This document shows positions 35,338 through 49,179 of a stretch of DNA of 64,000 bases, piece by piece (position 1 is the first letter of the stretch; every line of letters starts with the position of its first letter). Location: positions 1,178,001 through 1,242,000 of the forward strand of contig MU008163.1 in assembly GCA_010909165.1 (NCBI GenBank). The letters are read 5' to 3'. Under the pieces are notes generated by a model. The model was not told the DNA's origin. It worked only from the letters and a program-made list of their open reading frames with translations, and made no database searches. Both the position numbers and the translations under genes were made by a program. Source of the stretch: Anthoceros angustus (taxonomy: Eukaryota; Plantae; Anthocerotophyta).

Positions 35338-38300
35338 GGTCCCACTGTAGAATCACCTTTCCATGCCAGCTAGATCCTTTCCTATCCTTGGGTGATCAGC
35401 TAGTAGTGTCTCTACCGTTGGATCTCATTCTCCCTCCCTGTACCAGGTCTGGAGTGCACGATGCAAGAGACAGTGGCTGCCGCTGGACGTCACCATGGTC
35501 ATTCACAGGTTTAATAGAGAGACCGTACATGGGGAGTCTTTACAGTCCACAACTTTGGTCTTTCAATTCAGCAAGAGTTTCCCTTATCAATAGCCCACCA
35601 TTGTAGATCGAAAGTGACCTAGCCCATAAGTTCTGCACTTATGGAACATTGCCTATGGTGTTCTACTTTTGAGGGAGGATGGTCATGGTGATTATGCATT
35701 CCAGCTTTTTGAGGATCTGCACCGTTGCACCAACAATAGCATCACAACTTCCTCGGGTCCCTGCCCTTTCTCTCCTCTACTACGGACCTCTCCTCTTGCC
35801 TGTCCCCGACCTAATTCTGACTGCGTCCTATCTACCCAGATTGCGTAGATGTGGAACTGCACCCGTGCTGTCGCTGTTGTATAAGCCCTCTGCGTTTTCC
35901 TCCTCGTGTTGAATTTCTGCTTCGTGTGCTTCCTGTGTCGGTGCCAGCGGCAACGCAGACACACAAGCGGTGCATGCTGTGTGAAGCATCGTCGCTGGCG
36001 GAATTGCCACACGTCCCCATCTCTTCGGACCTATTGTCGGTTTTGGTGTCGTCTTCTGAAGAGACGTCAGCACAATGGCAAGCAAACCGAACGCGGTGAC
36101 ACATAAAATGCCCTCGAAGTGTCACGCTCTATCGTGCTTGGACGAATCGTAGTAAAGAAGTACAAAGGTGCATACGATCTTTCTCCATATCCGATTTAAT
36201 ACTCCTACATACATAGGTGTTGCAGTCCATTTAAACAATTCAGTGTCTAGGGACTGAATGGTGTCCTCGGTCATGCCAGATTCCCGAATCTTTCAAGTAG
36301 CTAAACAACAAGTAGCCAAACAACAAAGTAGCCGATAGGTTTAGGGTTTGAGCGATCGGTTTTTGTCTGTGCGCAGCACTGAGAATTTGAGAAGCGGCAG
36401 GGCAATTGTCCAGCGGATCCGGATCAGCTTATCCTACGGAATCACGATAAATCCAGGCCGCCATAAGCTGGACTTCTGCTAATCAAGCAGCGCATTCGCC
36501 CCGCGGCCAGAGAGAAGTTGACAAGAAGGGGTTACCCGCCAGCTTAAGAAGCCATGCATGGCTAATCAGCCATTTCCGGCATATGCTCCCTGTCGTTTTG
36601 GTGCGAACCTTTCCCAGAATCCAACAAGGTACGATTCAAGAAAGGCACAATTAATATAAGAAGGAAACTGCTCACTGCCTTCCAACAGGATGACTCAGTC
36701 CATGAGCAGACTTCAACTCAAAGAACCGGATATACATACATATGTATGAGCAGCACGTGCACGAGAATGAGACATGCAGAGCTCTGAACTCAGTTTCGGG
36801 TGCGTTTCCAGGAAACCATCACCATCTTGTGTGTCAGACGCCACTATTGCATGACATCATCCATCCACAAGCGGCTTGAAAGTGCCTGGCTTCGTCGTTG
36901 CTGGGCTGGGCCCTAAATTTGCTCGGATGGCCTTTTTCAGACCTCCAGGCCGCAAGGATCTTATTGGGTCTCACTGCCACTGGTTACGGATTCCGGATCC
37001 CAGCGCGATGAGAGCTGACAGCGGGAGAGAGATGTTCAGGAAGAGGCATGTTCAAAGTGGGCAGACACTCACAACCAGCCCCAGCGAGGAAGTCCAACGG
37101 GACAAGCATGCAGGAATTAGGTCGAGGGGAATTAGAGGCATTAGAGGAGTGACAAGATCACTGGATTAACCCCAGAATGCCTAACAGTCTCAATTCGACA
37201 TTTCAGGGCTACATTCACGGCCATAGGCAAATCATGGTAGCAGGTCAATTCGATCATTCTGTGCAGTTTTGTGCCGGAGAAGACGCTCCATCGAGTAGAT
37301 AACATTCACCTAGAAGCACAAAAAAATCTCATCCCATCGTTGGCCGAACGTTGCGGCCATCCTCACCGAGCCGCCTGGGTCACCAGCGTTGCGCGGCTTC
37401 CTCGAGGCAACACGGCGGTGTGCCGTGGCTCGGACGCCCTATGGTGCCGTGGGATAGCCAAGTGGAAAAGAGCCACGCGCTGGGTAAGGAAGGGACTGCG
37501 CAATGCTCTCGTGCCCTTCTGCCTAATGAGAGGACGACGCGGTAACAAATATCCTTTTTCTAATTTAATATTTGAAATAAATTAAAACAAACCCGATTCT
37601 GATTCTCTGTGTTCTCACATCGTAACATCGCAGCAGAAGAGCCTTTGCTCTTCCAAGCTCAAATGTACACGAGCCTAGATACCATCGCACGTTGCGGTGA
37701 CATAGATATCAGGCGGGAGAGAAATTAGTAGGATATAATGTCGGTTGCATGGTACCCACCAATGGTGCACATTCCTTTCTTTCGGCCTTGTGAATGAATG
37801 TTTATTGACATGCCTTGGTTTTCGCATGATCAGTGGTATCAACTAGTGTGGAAAGGTGTTGTGCACAAAGCAAACCAAATTCAAGCCATCACCACAAAAT
37901 CTCACAAGAGGTTCCTTTCGACCTGTCCCGAGATCCAATGGTCAGATTGGGGTAAGCATGGACTCGTTGGAAAGCCCACAATGACCTTCCATTCCACTCA
38001 AATTATTCGATAATCACAGGATCCAGGAAAAATCTAAAAACCGTGACGCCATTTCCCAGAATATAGGTGCCCCAAGGAGCTCCCAAATCCAGCGAGGTCG
38101 TGGAATGGAATGGTGCCCTTTGCCACCGTCATTCCTGGGCGCTTCCTGCCTTGTGTGTTTTAATTCCTGTCTCCTGTGCTGCCGAGTGGCGCAATGCATG
38201 ATGTGTGATGAAGCATTGTTGTGGACGAGATCGTCAGGAGGACCATGTCAGGAGGCTCGATTATGTCGGTCCAAGTGTCCTCGTGTGAAACATGACATCA

Positions 38301-39319
38301 GTACGGAGGCAAGCAACGCCAAGATGCCCCTCAATCCCGGATGTCCTCGTGTGTGCTTTTGGTTCGCGGGGGTGGCATGAGCTCTCTACACCTGCGGTGG
38401 CCAATCACCGCGTCAACAGTCACATGAATCCTGGCAAAAGAAGTACAAAGCACTGTACTGCATGTAGGCGCTGAGTGTGCAAGCTTATCAGACATTCTAA
38501 ATAAAACACAGGTTTCCTCGATCTCTGCGAAACAGTCACAAGTTCATGTCTCCGTGAACAGAACACTCACAGTGAAAGGGAAGAAGGAACTCGCTTCAGG
38601 ATCAGCACTTGACGCTCGTCCCGTGACTCTCACCGGCAAGCGAAATTGCCATCATCCCGCGCCACTGCACTCCACTTGACCTAATCTATCGCTGGCCAGT
38701 CGCGTCGACCTGCGGACTCGGCTCTGTCCACGAACGAGACCTCACAACTCCATGTCACGCAGCCTCGAACTCTCCGTGCACGCCGCTGCCGCTGGCGATC
38801 AAACCCCCTCCGTTCCCCGCACATTCTCACCAGCCTGCTCAGCAGCTTGTGCTGCTGCTTCCGAGCAATTCGCCGAGTTGCTTGCACATGACGGTGGCGA
38901 AGGAACCCCTCCATTATTTCCTGTCAGAAACATCACCGACCCGTATCCATCCTCAAACGGTACGCAAGCCCCTCGCCTTCCTCCGCAAGAAATGCGAGGC
39001 TCGCGACCTTCCTGCCCTGAATTGCGAATTTTCCCAGAAGCAGCAGCATTCCCTGCACCGGCGGCCTGCAGGCATCCAGCTGCATCGCATCGCTGATGCT
39101 GTTGACGCGGTGCAGCCGGAGCCGACACGGAGCAGCCGGAGCCGACATGGTGTATTATAGGAAATCAGGCAGGGTCGATCTGACGTGACGATGGAGGAGG
39201 AGGAAGAATTGTTATCAAAGTGTATTCGTCCGGTGAGCCTGATACTTGTCAGGTCTGATCATGAGGAGGTGTGACTCCTCGTGAAGGGGTGTGTGGCCCT
39301 AACGGCCTTACACAAGAAG

Positions 39320-41296
39320 AAGAAGAAGAATTTTATTTAAGTATTTAAGTCCACTAAGGACGGATTTCCGTCATGGGACTTGGTATCTAACAACTTGGAC
39401 CATGGTGTGCCTAAGCTACTTGGACCATGGTGTGCCTAAGCTACTTGCACCAAGGGCATCCACTCCCTTTAGACACCCCATCTAAGTACCGATCTAAGCT
39501 CAGAATGCTTAATCTCGACGTTCTTATGTATTGTATGTTCTAATATGCATGCCTGTCATCCGTCTTCCAGCAGGACGCAGCCCGGCCTTGCATCCATTCC
39601 TCTTCCCTGCAGCGGTGGAAAGGGAAACCGCGTCGGCATTCATGGGAGGCAGCTTTGCTCCACCCTGTCCTGCCCGCCATCCATCCCAGCTAGGAAACAG
39701 CGTTCTCCGTCGGTGTCGCCCGATTCGGCCGCGCTTTCAGATCCCACGCATTCCGGGACCAGCTACTGCAGTTCCTCCCGGCGGACAGATAGGAAGTATT
39801 ATCACGGAAACAAATCCCGCGTTTTTCATATTTTTCGTTTGGGACGAGCTTTGAGCAGAACCCAAAGCTGGTCTTTGGGAGACCGACCCAATCGCGTCGG
39901 CGGCGGACTCGAAATCGAAACCGGAACGTAGAATATGGTTCAAGAATTCTAATTTTTATTGAGGGAAAAAATTAATGAGAAATGCTCTTCCGACATAGAA
40001 CGAAGCAGTTGAAGCTCCCAATAAGAAATCACCGACGGCGCCTTAAATGTCATATGGCTCAATGCACGTTGCGTCGGGCCCAAATATGTTGTATACTTTG
40101 CAGTAGTCTGCCAAGAAAACTATATGCCTCCCACAAATGAACGCCCTCGCCCTATGTACATACATATGGACCCCAGTACAGTACGGTTTAGTGACGGAGA
40201 ATTCCACACACTCATTTCCCTCGTCTAGCTCCAAAACCGACAATACAACGTAGTGATAACAGGAAACGCCGTGCCGGGTCCCACCACGTACGTGCCTGCC
40301 TGTCCAGGAAACACCTGTGCAGCTTCGGTACGGCTTACCACCGGCTAATCCGGTAAAAATGCCAGTAGCCGATACCGTTTTATGGCTGCAAATTCGCGGT
40401 AGTTCCGTTTCCACGCTCGATGGTTGCTATTCCAGCAAGATTTGTTGTAGAACACGAGCTGCTGGTTAATCGCTGTGCGCTCTGCTGGGGGCCGCATTGA
40501 AGCAGTCTCCTGGTGGTGGTGGCGACGACATGAGAGGAGTTTCGGAGAAGAGCGCTTTGCGGGAGTGACGGAAACGCAGAGGTTCGCGCCCTTTTGTTGT
40601 GGCAACAGGGAAGGAGAAGGAGCTGTTTGTTTCTAACTTTACACAGTTCTTCGACCTCTTCTTCCCCGATTTTGTAGCGCGGAACATCCGGCACGGGGGC
40701 CCGTTGGTATCCTGTTTATCATTGGGTGCGTCGTTGCCAAGCCTCTTGCGTCTGCAAGGAGCTCCAGCTGGGGAGTCGGGACAGACCCGGGGTTGACGAG
40801 TTGCTCGGGGGTGGGACCTGAAATCGCTGGGCAGGAAGGGGCGCGGCAGGGTGGAAGGGAATGAGCAGGGGCTGAAAGGATTGGAGGAAGAGGACGAAGA
40901 CGAGGACGTCTTCAATGTACCACGCAAGCCCACTATCGAAAGTCTCTAGAGATGGCGGATACGAGATTTCGTGTAGCTGGGCATTGTGTTGCCCGGGGCG
41001 AGCTGCGGGCTTTTCTGTGCCCCAGGGCCGGATCTGCGAACGGGGGTCCCGATCTTTCTTGGCTGATTTGCAGCAAGCGACTCTGGCACTCAATGCCGCC
41101 CGTCGGTTTCGGTGCAGCCTGGATTTGAAAGCGTCGCGTGAAGAGCAGGCCCGGGAGATGCTCAGGATCGTTCGCAACGAGGATGACATTCCCATTCCCA
41201 GCGCTCGCTGAAATGGCAGCTGCGGGTATGCTTTAAAATATGTTTTCCAGGTTTATCTGGACCCGGTTATGTGGAGTTATGGATATCGGTGCCAAT
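39320..41296 (+). pseudogene. Non-functional partial duplicate of the Ca2+-ATPase promoter, exon 1, intron 1 and exon 2
   Basis: Colinear with ~41380-42915. A ~90-bp deletion removes the ATG, there is an in-frame TAG at 40947-40949, the intron-1 donor is changed GT>AT (40959), and exon 2 has indels. Confidence 0.85.
39393..39447. repeat. 25-bp tandem repeat, about 2.2 copies
   Basis: ACTTGGACCATGGTGTGCCTAAGCT twice, then ACTTG. Confidence 0.9.
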
Positions 41297-42394
41297 TACG
41301 TCGTCGGACCCTAAACCGAAACTGGAACAGAGAAAATGGCTCTTCGGACACAGAGAAAAAAAGAAGGGCGGATTAGAAAAAGAAGAATAAAGAATTTTAT
41401 TTAAGTCCACTAAGGGCGGATTTCCGTCATGAAAACTAGTTAAGCTCCAACTCGGAAGTCACCGACTGCGCCTGAAATGTCATATAGTTCAATGCACGTT
41501 GTGTCGTGCCCAAAGAAATCACCGACTGCGCCGGAAATGTTATATATCTCTCAATGCACGTTGCGTCGTGGCCAAATATGTTGTATACTTTTGCAGTAGT
41601 CCGTCAAAGAAAACTATATGCCCGCCACAAATGAACGCGCGATGTACATATGGACCCCAGTACAGTTTAAGTGGCGGAGAATTACTGACGGCTGACGGCT
41701 TTTTACGATGTGTGGCAAAACCGACAATACAACGTAGTGATAAGAGGAAACGCCATGCCGGGTCCCACCACGTACGTGCCTGCCTGTCCAGGAAACACCT
41801 GTGCAGCTTCGGTACGGCTTACCACCGGCTAATCCGGTAACAATGCCAGTAGTCGGTACCGTTTTATGGCTGCAACAAATTCGCGGTAGTTTCGTCTCAA
41901 CCTCGATAGTTGCTATTTCAGCAAGATTTGTTGTAGAACACGAAGTGCTGGTTAATCGCTGTGCGCTCTGCTGGGGGCCGCATTGGAGCAGTCTCCTCAG
42001 GAGGTGATGGTGGCGACGACACGAGAGGAGTTTCGGAGAAGAGCGCTTTGCGGGAGTGGCGGAAACGCAGAGGTGCGTGCCCTTTTCTTGTGGCAACAGG
42101 TAAGGAGAAGGAGCTACTTGTTTCTAACTTTACAGGGTTCTTCGACCTGTTCTTCCCGATTTTGTAGCGCGAAGCAGGCAGGAAGCTGCCGGCACGGGGG
42201 GCCGTTGGTATCCTATATATCATTGAGTGCGTCGTTGCCAAGCCTCTTGCGTGTGCAAGGAGCTTCAGCTGGGGAGTCGGGACAGACCCGGGGTTGACGA
42301 GTTGCTCCGGTGTGGGACCTGAAATCGCTGGGCAGGAAGGGGCGCGGCAGGAGGGAAGGGAATGAGCAGGGGCTGAAGCCCGAGCCTCCTCATC

Positions 42395-45300
42395 ATGAGT
42401 GACCTGAACGGGGCCGAAGCCAATGTTAAGCATCCGGCGGCTGGAGCTCACGAGGTGGAATTTGAAGGATTGGAGGAAGAGGAAGAAGACGAGGACGTCT
42501 TCATTATACCACCCAAGCCCACTACTGAAAGTCTCAAAAAATGGCGGGTACGAGATTTCGTGTAGCTGGGCATTGTGTTGCCCGGGGCGAGCTGCGGGCC
42601 TTCTGGGCCCCAGGGCCTGATCTGGGAACGGGGAGTCCTGATCTTTCTTGGCTGATTTGCAGCAAGCGACTCTGGCACTCAATGCGACCCGTCGTTTTCG
42701 GTACACCCTGGATTTGAAAGCGTCGCGTGAAGAGCAGGCCCGGGAGATGCTCAGGATCGTTCGCAACGAGGATGACATTCCCAGCGCCTCGCTGAAACGG
42801 CAGCTGAGCAAGTTCAGGACTGGTGCTCATGTGCTGCGGGTAGGTGTGCTTTAAAATATGTTTCCCAGGTTTATTTGGACCCGGTTATGTGGGGTTGTGG
42901 ATATCGGTGCCAATTGTATTTACCTGATGCACCGCCTTGGGTTTACTTGCTTTGCAGGCTGTCAGGCGTTTCAGGGAAGCAGGTGCAAGAGCCAGGGAGG
43001 GTAGATGTACGTCCTCGTTGGCCTCTGCCAGCTAGTGTGTACCGTGACGCTGGATTCAGCGGCTGGCTGACGTTGTTGTTGCGCTGTTCTGTTCTGCGAT
43101 ATGCAGTTCAGACGCCTCCTGCAGGGTTCTTTGTTGGGCCCGACAATCTCAGGTTTCTCGTGCAGAACGCTGATATCGACAGATACCAGGCCCTCGGAGG
43201 CGTACGATCCTTCTTTCCGACAGCTGCCATTGTGGTATTGTTTGTTCCTTGCTGGTGGCTGAGGTGAGTGATACTCTGGGTGCAGGTTGCTGGTATAGCA
43301 AAAGCTTTGCAGTCAGATTTGGAGCAGGGCATTACTGACGATCCAGAAGAGATTCAGAAAAGGTGGGATGGCTTTGGTGAAAACAAGTTCGCCAAGAAGA
43401 AGCACAAGGGATTTCTGGTAAGATGGGTTCCTGGTATTTGGATGCTTCCGAGCACCCTCTTGACGTCATAGTCAAGACAATCTGGTTTGTTTGTTTTGCA
43501 GAGTTTCGTCTGGGATGCCTGCCAGGACACCACACTCATTATTCTTATGGTGTGTGCGGCTGTGGCACTGGCATCTGGAATGAAAGCCGATGTAATCTCT
43601 CTCAACCTGCGTGCAGCTGTTGTCTAAACAATCTGTATTGATGGTTTCACGGGCTGCTCTTTTGCTGCCTACCGTCTTCAGATTTATGCATGTGAATGGC
43701 ATGTGTATGCACTGCAAGCTCTTAACTCGTTTTCTCTGTGGGGTGCAGGGCCCAAGTAAAGGCTGGTATGACGGTACCGCAATTGGTTTTGCCGTTATTT
43801 TGGTTATTTTCGTTACAGGTATGAGTTGGTTAGCTGCGTGGTACCATGCTTCCAGACTAATTGTGCACTAGAAGGCCAGACGATGGAAGCACACAGAATT
43901 GTATTTCGAAGATCTCGCCTTCGTTTGCAACTTATTCCTGAGCTATTCGTGGATGTCTCACAGCTCTGAGTGATTACAAGCAGTCTTTGCAATTCCGAAG
44001 TCTTAATGATGAGAAGGAGAATATTCTCATACAGGTATGCAGCTGTCTAGGTGATAACTGGCTACTGGTTAGGCAGGGATTGCTCCTGAAGTGACTCTTT
44101 GACCCATCCAGTTTGTGTTTGCTTCAGGTAGTAAGAGGTGGGCGCAGAAGTAAGATCTCCATATTCCAGCTAGCGGTGGGTGACATCGTTGCACTGAACA
44201 TCGGGGACCAGGTTTGTTGTCCACTCCTCCATTTTAGCTGTCGATTGTCAGCCAATGAAAGTTTGCCCATTCTAACTTCTTTTCGTGATCCATTGCTTCA
44301 GATTCCAGCTGATGGACTTTTTGTATCCGGCCACTCCCTTACTGTAGATGAGGCAAGCATGACCGGAGAAAGCGATCCAGTGAGTTCCTGTAAGGCCTTT
44401 TCTCGATGGTTTTGTATAGGAGTGACTGCCAGTGTTCATTCTGACTGGTAGTTTGGAAATCGCCGGTTATTGGATTGTAGTTTTCTGTGCAGAGCTAATG
44501 CTGATCATTTTGTTTTGAAGGTGCACAAGGATGTAAAACACCCTTTCTTCATGGCAGGTTGCAAATGTGTAGACGGCCATGGAACCATGATGGTGTGTTA
44601 GATTAACTTCTTGCTGCTGTCGGGTTAGAGTACCTTCTTCGTCATTGGCAAACATGCGCTGATAAAGTCACTTCTCAAAGAATTTCAGTTTCTGCTTGAC
44701 AGGTTACTGGAGTGGGTATGAACACAGAGTGGGGGCAGGTCATGGCTACTCTAAGTGAAGATAATGGAGAAGAGACTCCTTTGCAGGCTAGTAGCAAGTT
44801 TACCACGCCTTTTGATGCTTCGCCATCTCTATGGTGATCGATTTTTTTGACGTGGTGGCAGTCTAGTTTTCAGGAAGAGTGGTCAGTATAGATGCGCATT
44901 ACTAAGCTCTTGGACTCCTGGTCTTCACATTTGCAGGTTCGGTTGAACGGAGCAGCAACTTTCATAGGTCAAATTGGACTGACTGTTGCAGTGCTTGTAT
45001 TGATCATTTCCTTGATCAGGTATTCTTACCTTCATGCGACATGTTTTTCGTAATGAGTAAGTTCTGTCGCTAAACCGGATTGGGAATGCTTCCCAGATAC
45101 TTTGTGCTTGAATTCAAGGACGACAAGAAACAAGGAACCTCGTTCGTGATCACTAATGTTGTTGACATCTTCACAATTGCTGTAAGTGTGATAATTCAAC
45201 CTCAAATTTATTCTTGTGAATGGTGGTATATCTTTTTCAATGCAGAATGGTTCCTGCTGTTGTCATTTGTATAACCATATTATTGCTTCTTATGCTGTAC

Positions 45301-48300
45301 AGGTGACCATTGTGGTGGTAGCTGTACCGGAAGGCCTTCCGCTTGCTGTTACTCTCACGTGTGTATGCCGTCCATGATCTTGATACTGGGGTTCTTTCTT
45401 AGTAGTGACTCTTGTTTGATACCAAGACTCATTCCACCTTTTTTTGTCTTCCAGTCTGGCATATTCAATGCGTAAGATGATGGCTGATAAATCTCTGGTA
45501 AGCCGTAGGCGTTTTCTTTGAGGCTTGCATTTGGAACTCCAAAATGTTTCTGTCTGTTGACATTCTTCTGGGATGCTTAGGTACGAAAGCTTGCTGCTTG
45601 TGAAACCATGGGGTCTGCCACCACAATCTGCAGTGACAAGACTGGCACTCTAACACTCAATCAGGTGTTGATCTGCTGTAACCCAGTTACAAATTTGTTT
45701 CATTTCTACTTCGGTGTTTGCCAGAGAGTATCTGGTTGGTGAGTCGTGGGGGGTTTGAATAGTGTGCTTGTATGTAAATGCATGTGGTCTCACCTACTAC
45801 CTCGATGTCCTGTTTTAATTTTGTGCTGGAAATGTGGTCAATGGCAGATGACAGTTGTCAAGTGTTGGGTTGCTGGTGTCTTGAGAGAGTTTGATCAAGT
45901 GAAGTCCTTAAAGGCAGAGGTGTTCACGGCAGTCGTGGATGGCATTGGTCTAAACACAGTGGGCGATGTCTTTTTTCCTGAGGTAAGGGCTTGCAAAGAG
46001 TAAGCTGCACAGGTCTTGGCAATTCACAGTGATTGTTTTGTTGAGCTGATTCAATCGTTTGCAAGCAGGGATCCACAGAGCCCGAGGTGTGGGGTAGTCC
46101 AACTGAGGCTGCTTGTTTATCTTGGGGCCTGAAGGTGTGTCATGCGACCTTGTGTGTATATCTTGTCTAAATCCTGTTGATCAGAGGATGGTTGCTAATG
46201 GGTTTCATTTATTTGTCAATCTAGATTGGAATGAACTTCAGTGAGGTTCGCTCAAGGTCCACCATCTTGCAAGTTGAGACATTCAGTTCAGCTAAAAAGC
46301 GAGCGGGAGTTGCTGCCAAAGTAAGTATTATGATCTGCTTTCCAGTTTCTGGATGTAGAATGTCAATGGCGTTTCTGATTAGGTCGTTGGGAAACTTACT
46401 CTGATTATATATTTGTTGCTTGCAGCTTGAAAGTGGCATTGTGCGGGTGTTTTGGAAGGGAGCAGCTGAGATAATTTTGAGTGAAAGTAAACAGTGGTTG
46501 GATGACCAAGGATCTGTACATCAACTCACTCCTGAAAAGGTTACACATAAATGGCAAAAGTTTTTAAGTTTGGCTTGCTTGTTGCCACCTTCTGTCTTGT
46601 GATAAGCAGTGAAACTGTGTTGATGGAGCAGGTTGTCGAGATTCAGAATGTTATTGATGGTATGGCGGCTGCTAGCTTGAGATGTGTTGCACTTGCCTAT
46701 CGGGATCTGGATCCTGCCTCGGTACCTTTGGGCGATGACCTGGAATCTTGGAGAATACCAGATGATGACTTCACTTTTCTGGTCGTAGTTGGGATTAAGG
46801 TATGTTTTTTCCCTTGAATATGGAATAAAGAAACCTCAGTGCCAGTTATCCTTGCTGGTGTCAGCTCACAATGTACATGGTGATCTATGCAGGACCCCTG
46901 CCGCCCTGGTGTACGTGCAGCAGTTGCTTTGTGTCAAGCCGCTGGTGTTAAGGTATTTGGACCCTGATAAAAAAATAATTGTCTGATGCTCAAAAGGCTG
47001 CAAAGCGATATCATGTTCTCCCTTAAATCATAATCCCATGCCCGGGCACCACCCTTATAAAGTCTTCCAAATTTTGTGTGTATACAGGTACGCATGGTGA
47101 CAGGTGACAATGTTGTGACAGCTAAAGCTATTGCGGAGGAGTGTGGGATCCTTACCCCAGGTGGCATAGTTGTAGAAGGACGGGATTTTCGAAATTTTAC
47201 TGAAGAGCAATTCAAGCGAATCTTACCTAACCTTGACGTGAGTTCGTTTGTGAAAGCGTATGCAGATAGCTGTAGTGCTTGAATTCATGTGCCTGTTATG
47301 GCCTCAATCTAGGATGGAATAGGATATATTGATTGGCAAGTGCGGTCATTCTGATCTGGTCATGGTTTCCTTATCTTCAGGTCATGGCAAGGTCTTCTCC
47401 AACAGACAAGCTGCTGCTGGTTACAAAACTGAAGCAAGAGAATCCTAATAGTGTGGTGGCTGTTACTGGGGATGGGACAAACGATGCTCCTGCACTTCAC
47501 CAGGTACGGGGATCACCATGGTGAATGTAACAAATTGTGGCTGAAGACAAATTTGGTCGATTTGGCCTTGCTGGTGTAAGTGTATTAAGAGGATTATGAT
47601 ATTTTACAGGCCGACATTGGACTGTCCATGGGAATTTCAGGGACTGAAGTTGCAAAAGAGGCTTCAGATATTATTATTCTCGATGATAATTTCACATCGG
47701 TTGTAAAGGTTTGGAAACTGTCTCTGGCGTTTCTCCTGCACAGTTTATTTGTGCTGAATATTGCTCAAGTTCTTACTTAGGGTCTTTTTTGTTCAGGTTG
47801 TGAGGTGGGGCCGCTCTGTGTATGCAAACATCCAGAAGTTCATTCAGTTCCAGCTGACAGTCAATGTCACTGCACTGGTGATCAATTTTGTGGCAGCTTG
47901 CTCATCAAATCATGTACCGCTGAATTCTGTTCAGGTGAAACCTCTTTGTTTGTGGCAGCAATTTTTGGTTGGGGCCGCATATATCTCGATGTGCTCTGTG
48001 GATTGTCTGACATAGCTGTTCATTTTTCTACAGTTGTTGTGGGTTAATCTTATTATGGACACCCTGGGGGCACTGGCCCTTGCAACTGAGGCTCCCACTG
48101 ATGACCTTATGCAGCGGAAACCTGTTGGCCGATCGTATGTAACCGTTTCTAGCAGAATTTACTTTCCAGATTATTCAGCAGGCTGTGGCATCTTAGTAAA
48201 GTTGAAAACCTGACATTTTGGGTGCTTTGCAGGGACCCTTTGATCACCAATGTCATGTGGAGGAATCTAATCTCACAGGCTATGTACCAAGTTGCCCTTC

Positions 48301-49179
48301 TCTTGACCTTCAACTTCGCAGGAGAAGAGCTTTTTAACAACAAGAAGTACAGAGTGGATGGTCTCAACAAAAAGAATAATACTATTATCTTCAATACTTT
48401 TGTGTTCTGTCAGGTGATTTCCGTCAAATGATCAAAAAGGAATTGAACGGAATAATCATTTCCGTTAATTGTTTGTATTCTTGACATTTTGCCTCCTGTG
48501 TTAACAGCTCACGATATCTTCTCTTGCCACCAGATTTTCAACGAGTTCAATGCAAGGCATCCTGTAAAACTCAATGTGTTTGCGGGTATCTTGAAGAATC
48601 GTATTTTCATGGGCGTAATAGCTGTCAGCATCCTGTTCCAGGTTAGTGACTTGGTCTCAGCATTCAGAAGGCTGCACTTTTGGGCTGTGGCTTACAAGTC
48701 AAGCGTGTTGTGGGACAACAGGTCGTACTAGTGCAGTTTCTGGGCAAGTTTGCGACTACTTCCAAGCTTACATGGAGTGAGTGGCTAATATGTATAGCGC
48801 TGGGAGCTGTCAGGTACTAAGAACTGATGTGCAGCATTTGGGCCTTCCTCGTATTAGATTGTGTGAAGTGAACGGTCTTGTTTTTATCATTTGCATGTGC
48901 AGCCTACCACTTGGATGCCTGGTGAAGCTCATACCTGTTAGAGAGAAGCCTTGGTTTGATGCGAAAAACTTTATCTTCAAGAGGAGGAGCCCACGGAGAC
49001 CGGGTTCTGCCTCAAGCAGGGGGGGAGGAACATCTAGTTCCAGCAAAGGGGGTGTATCTAGTCGAAAGTCTTCGAAGTCTGGTAGTTCTAAGGGCGAAAA
49101 AGGTACAATTCCACCTTCGTCGCTTTATTTGGGGACTGGTGAAGTGGCATGTCTGAAGACTGGAACTCGCTTGTACTGA
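42395..49179 (+). CDS. ACA: Autoinhibited P2B Ca2+-ATPase, ACA8/9/10 (plasma-membrane) type, 32 coding exons, ~1135 aa
   Basis: All exons traced in frame: first 42395-42547 and 42663-42839, last 48903-49179; the exon-3 donor could be 42982 or 43000. Motifs: CaM-binding [19 protein letters not shown] (~44360), PEGLPLAVT (~45327), phosphorylation site DKTGTLT (~45635), MVTGDN and [10 protein letters not shown]. Confidence 0.97.
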
